A stretch of 32,000 bases of DNA from Nitrososphaerota archaeon (GCA_013378385.1 JACAFS010000002.1:6755-38754); one strand, 5' to 3'. Positions 8,638-17,001 are shown, counted from the stretch's first letter. Notes: generated from the letters alone by a model not told the origin. Program-made: numbers and translations.

Positions 8638-9486
8638 TAATTTACTTAATGTTTCTGCTTCTAAATGTTTTTTGGAGAGTATATGTGAAACAGTTTCCTT
8701 TGTAATATAATCTGATTCAATAGAGATATTCTTAGAATTAGTAAATGCTTTTGCAAGTAATAATGGAACAGTTTCTTTAGTAAGATATTCTTCGTTGAGT
8801 GCTAAGTTGAGAGCATTATTGAATGATTGAATTAAATGAGAACGATATTCGTTTAAGTCAATAGCTACATCTTTAGCAGGATAGATTAAACCATCCATAT
8901 ATGCCAAATCAATTGCAACACCGGCTTTAATCGGCTTAATGTCAAGTTTTGTCAATAATGATGCAAGAGAAGACTTAATTGAATCTCCTTCTTTTGCAAC
9001 AACAGTATCTTCACTTACAAATATACTGCCCGCATCAATACGAGTAGGAATATTAAATGCTTTAAATGCGCTAAGATCTGGACCAGGTTGCATACCAGTA
9101 TTGCCTGATGGAACGGTAATTTCTCCTGATGCTATATCCCCCTCACGGGCAGGAAGATCAACTTTACCTTTTTCGAGCAGTAAAAATAATTTAAATGGAT
9201 CCATATCAGTGAATATGAATGCTTTTTGGTCAGAAACATTATCTACAAGTTTTTCAAAATTATCTACTTTAGAATCAGTAATACCACGTTTGGAAAGGGT
9301 ATTTTTTACAACTCGTATAGTAAGATCGTTTTTAAAACTCTTTCGTAGTTGCATTAATTGTGCAGCACGTACTTTATGGAGTTTACAGAAAGCAGTAGTA
9401 TTATTAGACTTGATTAAGTCAGATATTTCGTTAATAGTATCAGTTTTCCATTGAGGATATTTCGACTTTGTTTTTGTGACGGACAT
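8629..9486 (-). CDS. rpl10: ribosomal stalk protein P0 (L10)
   Basis: 285 aa with a P0-like N-terminus (YPQWKTDTINEISDLI...RVVKNTL) and three C-terminal P1-binding-type helices (YLTKETVPLLLAKAF, YITKETVSHILSKKH). Its start ATG overlaps the L1 stop (TAATG). Confidence 0.9.
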   Translation of the reverse strand: MSVTKTKSKYPQWKTDTINEISDLIKSNNTTAFCKLHKVRAAQLMQLRKSFKNDLTIRVVKNTLSKRGITDSKVDNFEKLVDNVSDQKAFIFTDMDPFKLFLLLEKGKVDLPAREGDIASGEITVPSGNTGMQPGPDLSAFKAFNIPTRIDAGSIFVSEDTVVAKEGDSIKSSLASLLTKLDIKPIKAGVAIDLAYMDGLIYPAKDVAIDLNEYRSHLIQSFNNALNLALNEEYLTKETVPLLLAKAFTNSKNISIESDYITKETVSHILSKKHLEAETLSKLVN

Positions 9487-10139
9487 TAAATAGCCTCCTG
9501 AGCAGAAAGAGTAATAGGTGGTGACATAGAGAGTTTTATAACGAAACCTTTGAGATTCTTTTCATTATTTGGAAGTTTTGATGTGATTGTGTTGATTATT
9601 AGCATTGCATTTTCGACAATTTGTTCGTCAGGCATGTCCTCATCGCCTAATTTTGTAGATAGGGAAAGAGTTCTTCCGCGTATTCGAATGGCAGTTTTGT
9701 ATTTATTAATCATATTTTCAATTGGAGTGTCAATAGTAATAGGTAGAGGCATTCTTCCTTTTGGGCCAAGAAACTTTCCTAATACTTTACCAACTTTAGG
9801 CATTGCTGTAGTTTCTGCCAAGAAGAAATCATAAGAATATGCAATTTTACGAGCTGAACGTTTGTCACCAGACATTTCATCTATTTTACCAGTTTCAAGG
9901 ACTTGATCAGCATCAGTTTTTGCACGTAAACTAAGATCTCCTGATGCAATTACACAGACTTTTGATTTATTCTGAGGAGGGTTAGGAAGAAAGACAGTTT
10001 CATTTAGATTAATCTGATTCTTTTTTACATCTATATCTTTAAGATTTATTACTAATTCAAAAGATTGTTTAAACTGGCGTTTAGTTGAGGCAGAACGTGC
10101 CTGTTTTACTGTTTCAAGTATTATTTGTGATTTAACCAT
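9486..10139 (-). CDS. rpl1: ribosomal protein L1
   Basis: 217 aa with uL1-like sequence (FELVINLKDIDVKK...RMPLPI). It sits between L11 and P0 as in the conserved archaeal operon. Confidence 0.9.
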   Translation of the reverse strand: MVKSQIILETVKQARSASTKRQFKQSFELVINLKDIDVKKNQINLNETVFLPNPPQNKSKVCVIASGDLSLRAKTDADQVLETGKIDEMSGDKRSARKIAYSYDFFLAETTAMPKVGKVLGKFLGPKGRMPLPITIDTPIENMINKYKTAIRIRGRTLSLSTKLGDEDMPDEQIVENAMLIINTITSKLPNNEKNLKGFVIKLSMSPPITLSAQEAI

Positions 10140-10174
10140 TTTTATTACACCTTAATGTTCTCAGAACTATTCCA

Positions 10175-10183
10175 TTTTATAAA
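10175..10183 (-). promoter_or_regulatory. candidate internal TATA box for the L1-P0 transcript
   Basis: The minus strand reads TTTATAAAA about 36 nt upstream of the L1 ATG, in the 57-nt L11-L1 spacer. Confidence 0.3.
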
Positions 10184-10196
10184 TTTTTTATAATTG

Positions 10197-10688
10197 TCAA
10201 TTAAAGGAGTCATCCCATTTTCCGTCGTTAATTTCAGAAATAATGTCTTTTGGTTCCTTATTTTCCACAGTAATTCCCATACTGACGCAAGAACCAACTA
10301 ATTCTTTTACAGCGCTTTTAATAGTAGTAGCGTAAGATTGATCAATTTTAGTATTAGCAATCTTTACTAATTGTTCAAGGTTAAGATTTCCAACTTTTTC
10401 AGTGTTTGGTGTGCCAGATCCCTTTTCAACACCTAATGCCTTTGCCAATAACGCAGAAGATGTAGGAATGCCTACTTCGACTTCAAATGTCTTATTTTCA
10501 ACTTGCACAATAACTTTTACAGGAACTCGCATGCCAGAATATTCTTTAGTCTTTTCGTTGATATCATTTACAATTGCCATAACGTTGAGGCCCATTGGTG
10601 CTAGAGCAGGTCCTAAAGGAGGACCAGCATTTGCTTGGCCGCCAGCAACTAATAAAGAAATAATTTTTTCATCGCCCAAGTTAATCAT
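10197..10688 (-). CDS. rpl11: ribosomal protein L11
   Basis: GGQANAGPPLGPALAPMGLNV and the VPVKVIV motif. I place the start at the ATG at 10688 (MINLGDEK), which overlaps the spt5 stop (ATGATTAA). The ORF-track start at 10760 would add a non-conserved hydrophobic extension. Confidence 0.9.
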   Translation of the reverse strand: MINLGDEKIISLLVAGGQANAGPPLGPALAPMGLNVMAIVNDINEKTKEYSGMRVPVKVIVQVENKTFEVEVGIPTSSALLAKALGVEKGSGTPNTEKVGNLNLEQLVKIANTKIDQSYATTIKSAVKELVGSCVSMGITVENKEPKDIISEINDGKWDDSFN

Positions 10689-11172
10689 TGCCCTTTGATT
10701 TTTCAACAATACGAATGCCGTTAACATCAACAGTAACAGGTAATTGGTATGGAGCGTCAAGCAACATAATAGTTACTTCCGAACGTCCAACTTCAACACG
10801 GGATATTTTAGCTTTCATATTTTTAAATGGACCACTTGTTATTTCAACGATGTCATTAATAGATATTTCTGAAACTATTGATCTTGTAACAAGGAATTTT
10901 TCAATGTCTTCATAAGGAACAATACCAGGAATCATATTTTTAACATGTTTAAATCCGGAAATTGCGTCAGATACCACTTGAGCATTAGGAGCTTCAAAGA
11001 AAACATAGCCCTTTAGTGAATCGATAACAACAATAGAACGAATAGCAGAAGAGATTATAGAATTTTCGGTTTCGTCGCGTTCTAAACGATTGCCAACAAA
11101 TTTAGCTACGTTCCTTTCTTGACCGCCAGTTGTTTTTACTGCAAAAAATCTACTTTGCATTGAAGTACTCAT
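10681..11172 (-). CDS. spt5: transcription elongation factor Spt5 (archaeal NusG)
   Basis: NGN domain start FAVKTTGGQERNVAKF and a C-terminal KOW motif (VEITSGPFKNMKAKISRVE). Confidence 0.9.
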   Translation of the reverse strand: MSTSMQSRFFAVKTTGGQERNVAKFVGNRLERDETENSIISSAIRSIVVIDSLKGYVFFEAPNAQVVSDAISGFKHVKNMIPGIVPYEDIEKFLVTRSIVSEISINDIVEITSGPFKNMKAKISRVEVGRSEVTIMLLDAPYQLPVTVDVNGIRIVEKSKGND

Positions 11173-11182
11173 ATTACATTAC

Positions 11183-11359
11183 TTACCCAGTTAATCTGAA
11201 TAATGAGCCAACTAATTGGATTACATATCCAATAGACCCAACAATACTCATTCCAATGATTGTGAGCTTTAGATATAGTAAAAACTCAGTTCTATCAGAA
11301 CGCTTTGCTAATTTGAGCGTATGTATGCATGAATTTACGAAAGCAACAATGCCAGCCAA
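11183..11359 (-). CDS. secE: preprotein translocase subunit SecE (Sec61-gamma)
   Basis: Not in the ORF track (58 aa). My translation is (TTG)MAGIVAFVNSCIHTLKLAKRSDRTEFLLYLKLTIIGMSIVGSIGYVIQLVGSLFRLTG. It shows the typical SecE pattern LKLAKRSDRTEF plus one TM helix and sits directly upstream of spt5, as conserved in archaea. Confidence 0.65.
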   Translation of the reverse strand: MAGIVAFVNSCIHTLKLAKRSDRTEFLLYLKLTIIGMSIVGSIGYVIQLVGSLFRLTG

Positions 11360-11419
11360 TTTATTCTTTGTTGAATGATAGATTATATTTGATAAACTTT
11401 TTGTTATAAGTAGAAAAAG

Positions 11420-12241
11420 ATGAATAACCCATTCAGGAAGTCAACCTTAGTATTGTCAAGAAAGGACCCAGCAAGTATGACAATGTTAAAGATATTAGAA
11501 AAGAGGCAGAATTTCGACAATATTGAGGAAAATAGCGGATATAGCAAATTACAAAGTAAAAATATCACATTGATAGTGTTAAATGAAGAAATGATTTATT
11601 GTGATAATATAGAAGATATTGAAGATTCAGATAGATTTGTATTTTTATCAAGGCATGTAAGTCAAAGTAAGAAACCAACACTAACATCTCATTTTTTAGG
11701 AAATCCGTCTAACGAAGCACCATATGGAGGAGAGAAAATGCAAATAGCTGCCACATGTCCAGAATTAATGAAAAACTATATGATGAATTTATACAAACAA
11801 AAGAATAGTTTGTTGAACTATGAAATAAGTCTAGAAGCAACGCATCATGGTCCTACTAGTATTTCAAAACCATGTATATTTGTAGAAATTGGTTCAGAGA
11901 TTAAACAATGGCAAGATGAAAATGCAGCAGAGATTGTGATAAAATCAGTAATTAACTCAATAGAGAATCAAATTGATGTAAATAAAGTAGGAATAGGTTT
12001 GGGTGGACCGCATTACTCAAAGAAATTTACAGAATTATTAATTAATACAGAGTATGCAATTGCGGGATATATATCAAGACATTATATGGAATATTTTAAT
12101 CAGGAAATACTAGAGCAAATGATAGAGAAATGTGAACAAGAAATTAATTATGCAATTATAGACAAAAAGGGAATAGGAAAAGAAAGAAAAAGAGTACTAA
12201 AAATATTACAAGAAAATGAACTTAGAATAATATCTATTTAG
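11420..12241 (+). CDS. dtdA: D-aminoacyl-tRNA deacylase, archaeal DTD2 type
   Basis: Motifs SRHVSQSKKPTLTSHFLGN, LEATHHGPT and GLGGPHYSKKF; 273 aa. Confidence 0.8.
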   Translation: MNNPFRKSTLVLSRKDPASMTMLKILEKRQNFDNIEENSGYSKLQSKNITLIVLNEEMIYCDNIEDIEDSDRFVFLSRHVSQSKKPTLTSHFLGNPSNEAPYGGEKMQIAATCPELMKNYMMNLYKQKNSLLNYEISLEATHHGPTSISKPCIFVEIGSEIKQWQDENAAEIVIKSVINSIENQIDVNKVGIGLGGPHYSKKFTELLINTEYAIAGYISRHYMEYFNQEILEQMIEKCEQEINYAIIDKKGIGKERKRVLKILQENELRIISI

Positions 12242-12695
12242 GAGATTCATCTGAACTTTCTTCGTGAAAAATTTTAGAATAAAGCTTTTCAATTGGAGAG
12301 ATAAAGGGATTAACAAATCGAGCGATTTTTAGATTTCGAACAACAGGAATCAATGACATTATACCAACTTGGTCTGGTGTACCGGTTGTAACTTCTTTCA
12401 ATTGTTTAAACAAAGCATATTTCGAGATAGTTGTTTTACCAGTTTCATTTTCCCATAAAAATAGACCAATAAGAAGCCCATTCATTAGAAGAAATGGTAG
12501 TCCTAATGGAATAGCAGTTTCTTTCGCAATTATTTCGCCATACTGCATTCCCTTAATTGGGTCAATCAAAGCAGTAAAGAATACATTAATTGCTTGAACA
12601 GAATCTGCTTGTCCGAGTCTAATACTAGCTGCGTCAAAGATTGGTGGAAGTATTAAGAAGAATATAGGAAATACAAAAAGTGGAAGAAGCATCAA
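12234..12695 (-). CDS. hypothetical membrane protein
   Basis: 153-aa ORF with two or three hydrophobic helices and an acidic C-terminus. No recognised motif. The start is uncertain (TTG 12695 or ATG 12692). Confidence 0.4.
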   Translation of the reverse strand: MMLLPLFVFPIFFLILPPIFDAASIRLGQADSVQAINVFFTALIDPIKGMQYGEIIAKETAIPLGLPFLLMNGLLIGLFLWENETGKTTISKYALFKQLKEVTTGTPDQVGIMSLIPVVRNLKIARFVNPFISPIEKLYSKIFHEESSDESPK

Positions 12696-12828
12696 AGTCC
12701 AGAATACAAGCTCCAGTAAAGATCGAAGCCATTTTTCAAAGTCGAAAGAGTTTTGTTTAGATATTTTCTTTTCCCTCCTAACTAGGAAATTTTAATCTTT
12801 AATTTTAACCTTTCTATAAATGAAACAC

Positions 12829-13830
12829 TTATTCGTTAGTTTCATTAGGCCACATCATATCTCTCAGTTTTTTACCTGTAGATTCTATTTGATGGGAGGC
12901 GATTTTATCAAGATATTTATCAAATGACTGTTTTCCTTCTTTATTATAGATATTTCTCCACTCTTCGGCAAATTCTCCGGACTGGATTTCATCAAGAATT
13001 TTTTCCATTTCATCACGAGAAGATTGATTAATAACACGAGTGCCTCTTGTTAAACCTCCGTATCGAGCAGTTTCACTGACTCTCTGATACATGCCTTTAA
13101 TACCGTATTGTTGAACTAAATCAACAATAAGTTTTAATTCATGAAGGCATTCAAAATATGCTATTTCAGGTTGATAACCACGATTTACTAATGTCTCAAA
13201 AGAATTTTGAATTAAAGAAGCAGCTCCACCACAGAGATCTGCTTGTTCTCCAAATAAATCAGTTTCAACTTCTTCTTTGAAAGTTGTCTGAAGAAGACCT
13301 GCTCTTGCACATCCAAGACCTTTAGCAATAGATAATGCTCGATTTAATGCATTATTAGTGAAATCTTGTTGAACAGCTACTAATGCAGGAGTTCCAAAAT
13401 TATCTAAATATAATTCTCGTACACGTCGTCCAGGAGCTTTAGGGGCAACCATTAAAACGTCGACCCATTCAGGAGGTTTTACCCATTGGTAATTAATAAC
13501 TAGGCCATGAGAAAAACCCAATGCATTGCCTTCTTTAAGATGGGACGCAATTTGTTCTTCGTAAAGTTTAGGTTGTTCCATATCAGGAACTAAAATATGA
13601 ATTATATCAGATTGTTCTGCGGCTTCAGATACTTCCATGACTGTGTGTCCGTCATCTAATGCTTTCTGCCAACTAGATCCACCTTTTCGTAAACCAACAA
13701 TTACATTAAGTCCAGAGTCTTTTAGATTAGAAGCTTGTGCAGCACCTTGTATTCCATAACCAATAACAGAAATAGTCTCATTTTTTAATTGAGACATATC
13801 AACATCGTCGTCATGCCAGACTTGAGCCAT
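12829..13830 (-). CDS. ilvC: ketol-acid reductoisomerase
   Basis: Class I IlvC, 333 aa, with the NADP motif VIGYGIQGAAQASNLKDSG and conserved LFGEQADLCGG. Confidence 0.95.
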   Translation of the reverse strand: MAQVWHDDDVDMSQLKNETISVIGYGIQGAAQASNLKDSGLNVIVGLRKGGSSWQKALDDGHTVMEVSEAAEQSDIIHILVPDMEQPKLYEEQIASHLKEGNALGFSHGLVINYQWVKPPEWVDVLMVAPKAPGRRVRELYLDNFGTPALVAVQQDFTNNALNRALSIAKGLGCARAGLLQTTFKEEVETDLFGEQADLCGGAASLIQNSFETLVNRGYQPEIAYFECLHELKLIVDLVQQYGIKGMYQRVSETARYGGLTRGTRVINQSSRDEMEKILDEIQSGEFAEEWRNIYNKEGKQSFDKYLDKIASHQIESTGKKLRDMMWPNETNE

Positions 13831-13909
13831 GTTAAAGAAAATTCTTAATCTAATTATTAAGTCTATTTGTTATAATAATTTAAGATACCTAGTGTATTAG
13901 TTTCTTATA

Positions 13910-14710
13910 GTGATTAACAAACAAACTAAGCCAATTATTGAACATGTAGGAGAATTAAGAAATCGTTTCGTAAGGATTATGATATCAATATTAGTTTGTA
14001 CTTTTGCACTTTTTATGTTTTCGACTAGAATTATATCGATAGATGGAAGGAATATTCGAATACCATATCCAGATATTTATAACAATTTTGCCTCACAAAT
14101 AATTACAGCATTACAAGATATAGTACTGCCAGAGTACGTGAGAGTGATTTTGACTGGTCCAGGACAGGCATTGTCAGCACAAATATACATTTCTTTGATG
14201 TGCGGAGTAATCATATCGATACCTTTGATATTGTGGGAATTGACAGGATTTATAAAACCAGGACTGTATAAAAATGAAATCAAGTTACTGAGAAATCTGC
14301 TGGTGCCTGCGTCTTTATTATTTTTCATAGGAGCTGTATTTGCACTATACATAATGGTGCCAATGACGATGGAATTTATGTACAAATACGGAGTATCGTT
14401 ACAGGCGGAAACATACATAACGATAGATGTATTTGTGGCGTTCATAACATTCTTCATATTAGCATTTGGCATAGCATTTCAATTGCCTATAATCATGTGG
14501 TTAACTACAAGATTTGGATTTATCAGCAGTACATTTTGGAGAGATAATTGGAGATATACATTAGTGTTACTTGTTGCAATAGGAGCTATAATAACTCCTG
14601 ATGCAAGTGGAATAACAATGTGGTTGATAACAATACCAATGATGCTACTTTATTTTGTAGGATATGTAGCTTCTAGAAATGTAAGTTCAGAAAGAAAAGT
14701 AGAAACTTAA
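13910..14710 (+). CDS. tatC: twin-arginine translocase subunit TatC
   Basis: IEHVGELRNRFVRIM N-terminus and six hydrophobic helices. GTG start. Confidence 0.9.
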   Translation: MINKQTKPIIEHVGELRNRFVRIMISILVCTFALFMFSTRIISIDGRNIRIPYPDIYNNFASQIITALQDIVLPEYVRVILTGPGQALSAQIYISLMCGVIISIPLILWELTGFIKPGLYKNEIKLLRNLLVPASLLFFIGAVFALYIMVPMTMEFMYKYGVSLQAETYITIDVFVAFITFFILAFGIAFQLPIIMWLTTRFGFISSTFWRDNWRYTLVLLVAIGAIITPDASGITMWLITIPMMLLYFVGYVASRNVSSERKVET

Positions 14711-14777
14711 GGGACGAACTCACATACTCAAGATCCTCGTCATCAAATCAGAGGGCTTTGTCGTCATTGTTCATCCC
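14711..14777 (-). ncRNA. candidate structured small RNA with C/D-box-like motifs (atypical)
   Basis: The minus strand reads GGGAUGAAC-A-AUGACGA-CAAAGCCCU-CUGA-UU-UGAUGA-CGAGGAUCUUGAGUAU-GUGA-GUUCGUCCC. It has a 9-bp closing helix (one G-U pair that would be an A-C mismatch on the other strand) and is locally GC-rich. Confidence 0.3.
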
Positions 14778-14822
14778 AACTTATAATAAAAAGCACGTAT
14801 ATTTATCAATAAATCAAGATTA

Positions 14823-15122
14823 TTATGAATCAAGTTTACGTTTAATAGCTTCTCGTAGTTGCTCGTCATCTTTAGTAGTAGCATCTATACCCAAAGCAGA
14901 TGCGGATTTTTGTAATTCATATTTAGAGATGCTTTTTGAAGGAGTAGTAGTTTCAAATTCAGAATAAGATTTCACTTCACGTTCAAAATCAGCCTTACTT
15001 TTTTGGAATTCGGCCATAACTTTACCTAGATTTCTTGCCAATCCAGGAAGTTTATCAGTTCCAACGAGAAGAATCCCCACAACGAGGGCAATCCATATCC
15101 ATTCCATACCGCCAACAGCCAT
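14823..15122 (-). CDS. tatA: twin-arginine translocase subunit TatA/E
   Basis: MEWIWIALVVGILLVGTDKLPGLARNLGK (TM helix plus the KLP..R.LGK hinge), followed by an amphipathic acidic tail. Confidence 0.85.
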   Translation of the reverse strand: MAVGGMEWIWIALVVGILLVGTDKLPGLARNLGKVMAEFQKSKADFEREVKSYSEFETTTPSKSISKYELQKSASALGIDATTKDDEQLREAIKRKLDS

Positions 15123-15182
15123 AATTTGAATTAAACATGATAAAAGAAAAGGTTTTTTAATTTAGAGTAATCAAAGATTTCA

Positions 15183-15689
15183 TTGATAAGCACCATACCT
15201 GAAATAACCTTCTTTATAATTGGATTATCCATAGCGGTTTCAGTAGGTTCAGTATTAACTAGAAAACAGTTTACTGATGTCGAAAAAACAAAAAAACAAC
15301 AGAAAGAGGTATCAGAATACAATAAACAGCTAAGAGGCGCAATGATGAAAAGGGACAAACCGCTTGAGGCAAAATTAAAGAAGAAAGAAGCTCAAATGAA
15401 ACAAATGCAAGCAAAATTAGCCCGAGACAGTTTGAAACCTACATTCATATTTATCGTTCCACTTCTACTAATATGGACATTTGTATTACCAGAAATAATT
15501 GGACAAGATTGGTTCAACATTCCAGCAGCATCATCTCCAATTTCAATGAATCTAATTATGTTTGAAACAGAGAAAGTTACTTTAGAATCTGGAAGAGTTT
15601 TAGAGCATGGAGTTCCAACATTCTTTTGGTATTTAATTAGTTCAATATCAGCACAAGGAATGATAATGAAATTAATGAAAATGACTTAA
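15183..15689 (+). CDS. DUF106/EMC3-family membrane insertase (archaeal Oxa1/YidC-like)
   Basis: TM1, then a Lys-rich coiled coil (KKQQKEVSEYNKQLR...KLKKKEAQMKQMQ), then TM2/TM3. TTG start, with no nearby in-frame ATG. Confidence 0.7.
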   Translation: MISTIPEITFFIIGLSIAVSVGSVLTRKQFTDVEKTKKQQKEVSEYNKQLRGAMMKRDKPLEAKLKKKEAQMKQMQAKLARDSLKPTFIFIVPLLLIWTFVLPEIIGQDWFNIPAASSPISMNLIMFETEKVTLESGRVLEHGVPTFFWYLISSISAQGMIMKLMKMT

Positions 15690-15696
15690 TTGTATT

Positions 15697-16461
15697 TCAA
15701 AGCAACACATTACCGCCATCAATAACTATCGTTTGACCATTAACAAAGCTAAAGTTATCAGAAACAATAAGAGAACAAGTATTAGCAACGTCATTGGTGT
15801 CGCCCCATCGTTTTAATGAAGTTTCATTAGCGAGTTTTTGTTGAGTTTTACTGTCGAAATGCTCAAAGGTGGCAGAACTTTTGATATTTCCAAGAGCTAA
15901 ACAATTAGTACGAATATTATATTTTCCATATTCGAGAGCAAGATGTTTAGTTAGTCCTAGAAGTCCGGCTTTAGCAACAGTATAAGGTGCACCTTTATCA
16001 TGTCCTGCAATTGCAGGAGTCGAGGATATATTAATGATATTACCTGAATTAGCTTTTTTCATTATTGGAATAACAGCTTTACAACATCGAATACTACCCA
16101 ATAAATCCGCATCAATGACATTTTTATAGCCTTCAAGACCGATGTCGGTAAAAGAAGAATCCCAATATTCGGAAGTAAGTGGATAACCTGCATTATTAAT
16201 TAAAATATCAATTTTCCCATAATGATCTTTAGTAGTTTGTATAAGATTAGAGATATCGTCATCAATAGTAACATCTGTTTTTATTGCAATTGGATCTGTA
16301 TCGTAAGAATTCAAGTTTTTAACAATCTCTTTTGCCAATGAAAGATTTCTAGAAGTAACAACTACATTTGCGCCCTTTTGTGAAAACACTTCTGCAATAG
16401 ATTTTCCAATTCCCTTTGTAGAACCAGTAACAATAGCAACTTTATTGGATAATTCATCCAT
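15697..16461 (-). CDS. short-chain dehydrogenase/reductase (FabG-like)
   Basis: TGSTKGIGKSIA, NNAG and YTVAKAG (YxxxK) motifs. Start taken at the ATG (MDELSNKVAIVTG). The ORF-track TTG at 16512 adds 17 non-conserved residues. Confidence 0.85.
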   Translation of the reverse strand: MDELSNKVAIVTGSTKGIGKSIAEVFSQKGANVVVTSRNLSLAKEIVKNLNSYDTDPIAIKTDVTIDDDISNLIQTTKDHYGKIDILINNAGYPLTSEYWDSSFTDIGLEGYKNVIDADLLGSIRCCKAVIPIMKKANSGNIINISSTPAIAGHDKGAPYTVAKAGLLGLTKHLALEYGKYNIRTNCLALGNIKSSATFEHFDSKTQQKLANETSLKRWGDTNDVANTCSLIVSDNFSFVNGQTIVIDGGNVLL

Positions 16462-16518
16462 TAAACTAATAGTTAAGAGATAAGAATTTGAACTTTTCGA
16501 TAAGTTATTCAACGGAGA

Positions 16519-16527
16519 TTTATATAA
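16519..16527 (+). promoter_or_regulatory. TATA-box-like element upstream of the Nudix gene
   Basis: TTTATATAA is centred about 26 nt upstream of the ATG at 16549. Confidence 0.35.
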
Positions 16528-16548
16528 TTATTCGATATAAGGGGATTA

Positions 16549-17001
16549 ATGAGACAAGTTTATCCAGAACCAACAGTAGGAGCTTTAATAATTAATAGTG
16601 AGAATAGGATTTTATTAGTAAAATCTCATAAATGGATGAATGGCAAGTATTCAGTTCCTGGTGGGCATGTAGAAATCGGTGAATCATTTGAGGAAGCCAT
16701 AATTAGAGAAGTTAAAGAAGAAACAGGGCTAGACGTAGTGCCTAGGAGATTATTCATGATTCAAGAATGTGTACATCCAAAAGAATTTTTCAAGAAGAAA
16801 CATTTCATCTTCTTTGATTATATTTGTCAAACTGAGAACATAAAAGTGCAATTAGATGAAAGAGAATTACAAGAATATGATTGGTTCAAGATAGAAGACA
16901 TAAAAGAAGAGTATTTAGAACCTTACACAAGGAATATGATATTAAAATTTAGAGAAGATAGTGATTTAGAAAGTAGAGAAATTTATTTGATTAAAAAATG
17001 A
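16549..17001 (+). CDS. Nudix hydrolase
   Basis: Nudix box GGHVEIGESFEEAIIREVKEETGL. Confidence 0.85.
   Translation: MRQVYPEPTVGALIINSENRILLVKSHKWMNGKYSVPGGHVEIGESFEEAIIREVKEETGLDVVPRRLFMIQECVHPKEFFKKKHFIFFDYICQTENIKVQLDERELQEYDWFKIEDIKEEYLEPYTRNMILKFREDSDLESREIYLIKK

Noticed and set aside
8939-9454. A long (171-aa) plus-strand ORF inside the P0 gene, plus similar antisense ORFs at 8266-8538, 9550-9834, 10402-10698, 10688-10915, 4126-4816, 5149-5511, 14077-14472, 17093-17530, 22041-22334, 22809-23066 and 28480-28710.
   Set aside because: All lie antisense to genes with strong conserved-family signatures. Their translations are low-complexity or Ser/Ile/Phe-rich with no motifs. They are shadow ORFs.
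11130-11378. An 82-aa plus-strand ORF in the spt5 upstream gap.
   Set aside because: It is antisense to the much better supported secE reading frame and overlaps the spt5 start.
12696-12800. A possible N-terminal extension of the 12234-12695 membrane protein. The frame stays open about 100 nt further upstream (..EKWLRSLLELVFWTL) with a GGAGGG Shine-Dalgarno-like sequence 9 nt before an in-frame ATA.
   Set aside because: There is no canonical start codon (ATG, GTG or TTG) in the extension, and ATA initiation is not something I can support from sequence alone. It is noted only as a start-site uncertainty.
14711-14777. Calling this element a bona fide C/D box sRNA.
   Set aside because: The C and D boxes each deviate from consensus (AUGACGA, GUGA). 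The D'-C' spacer is only 2 nt, and the guide spacers are 9 and 16 nt instead of about 12. It is kept only as a low-confidence structured-RNA candidate.
15131-15358. A 75-aa minus-strand ORF between tatA and the DUF106 gene, and the 14758-14967 plus-strand ORF.
   Set aside because: They overlap the better-supported DUF106 N-terminus and tatA, respectively, on the opposite strand. They have no motifs and odd composition.
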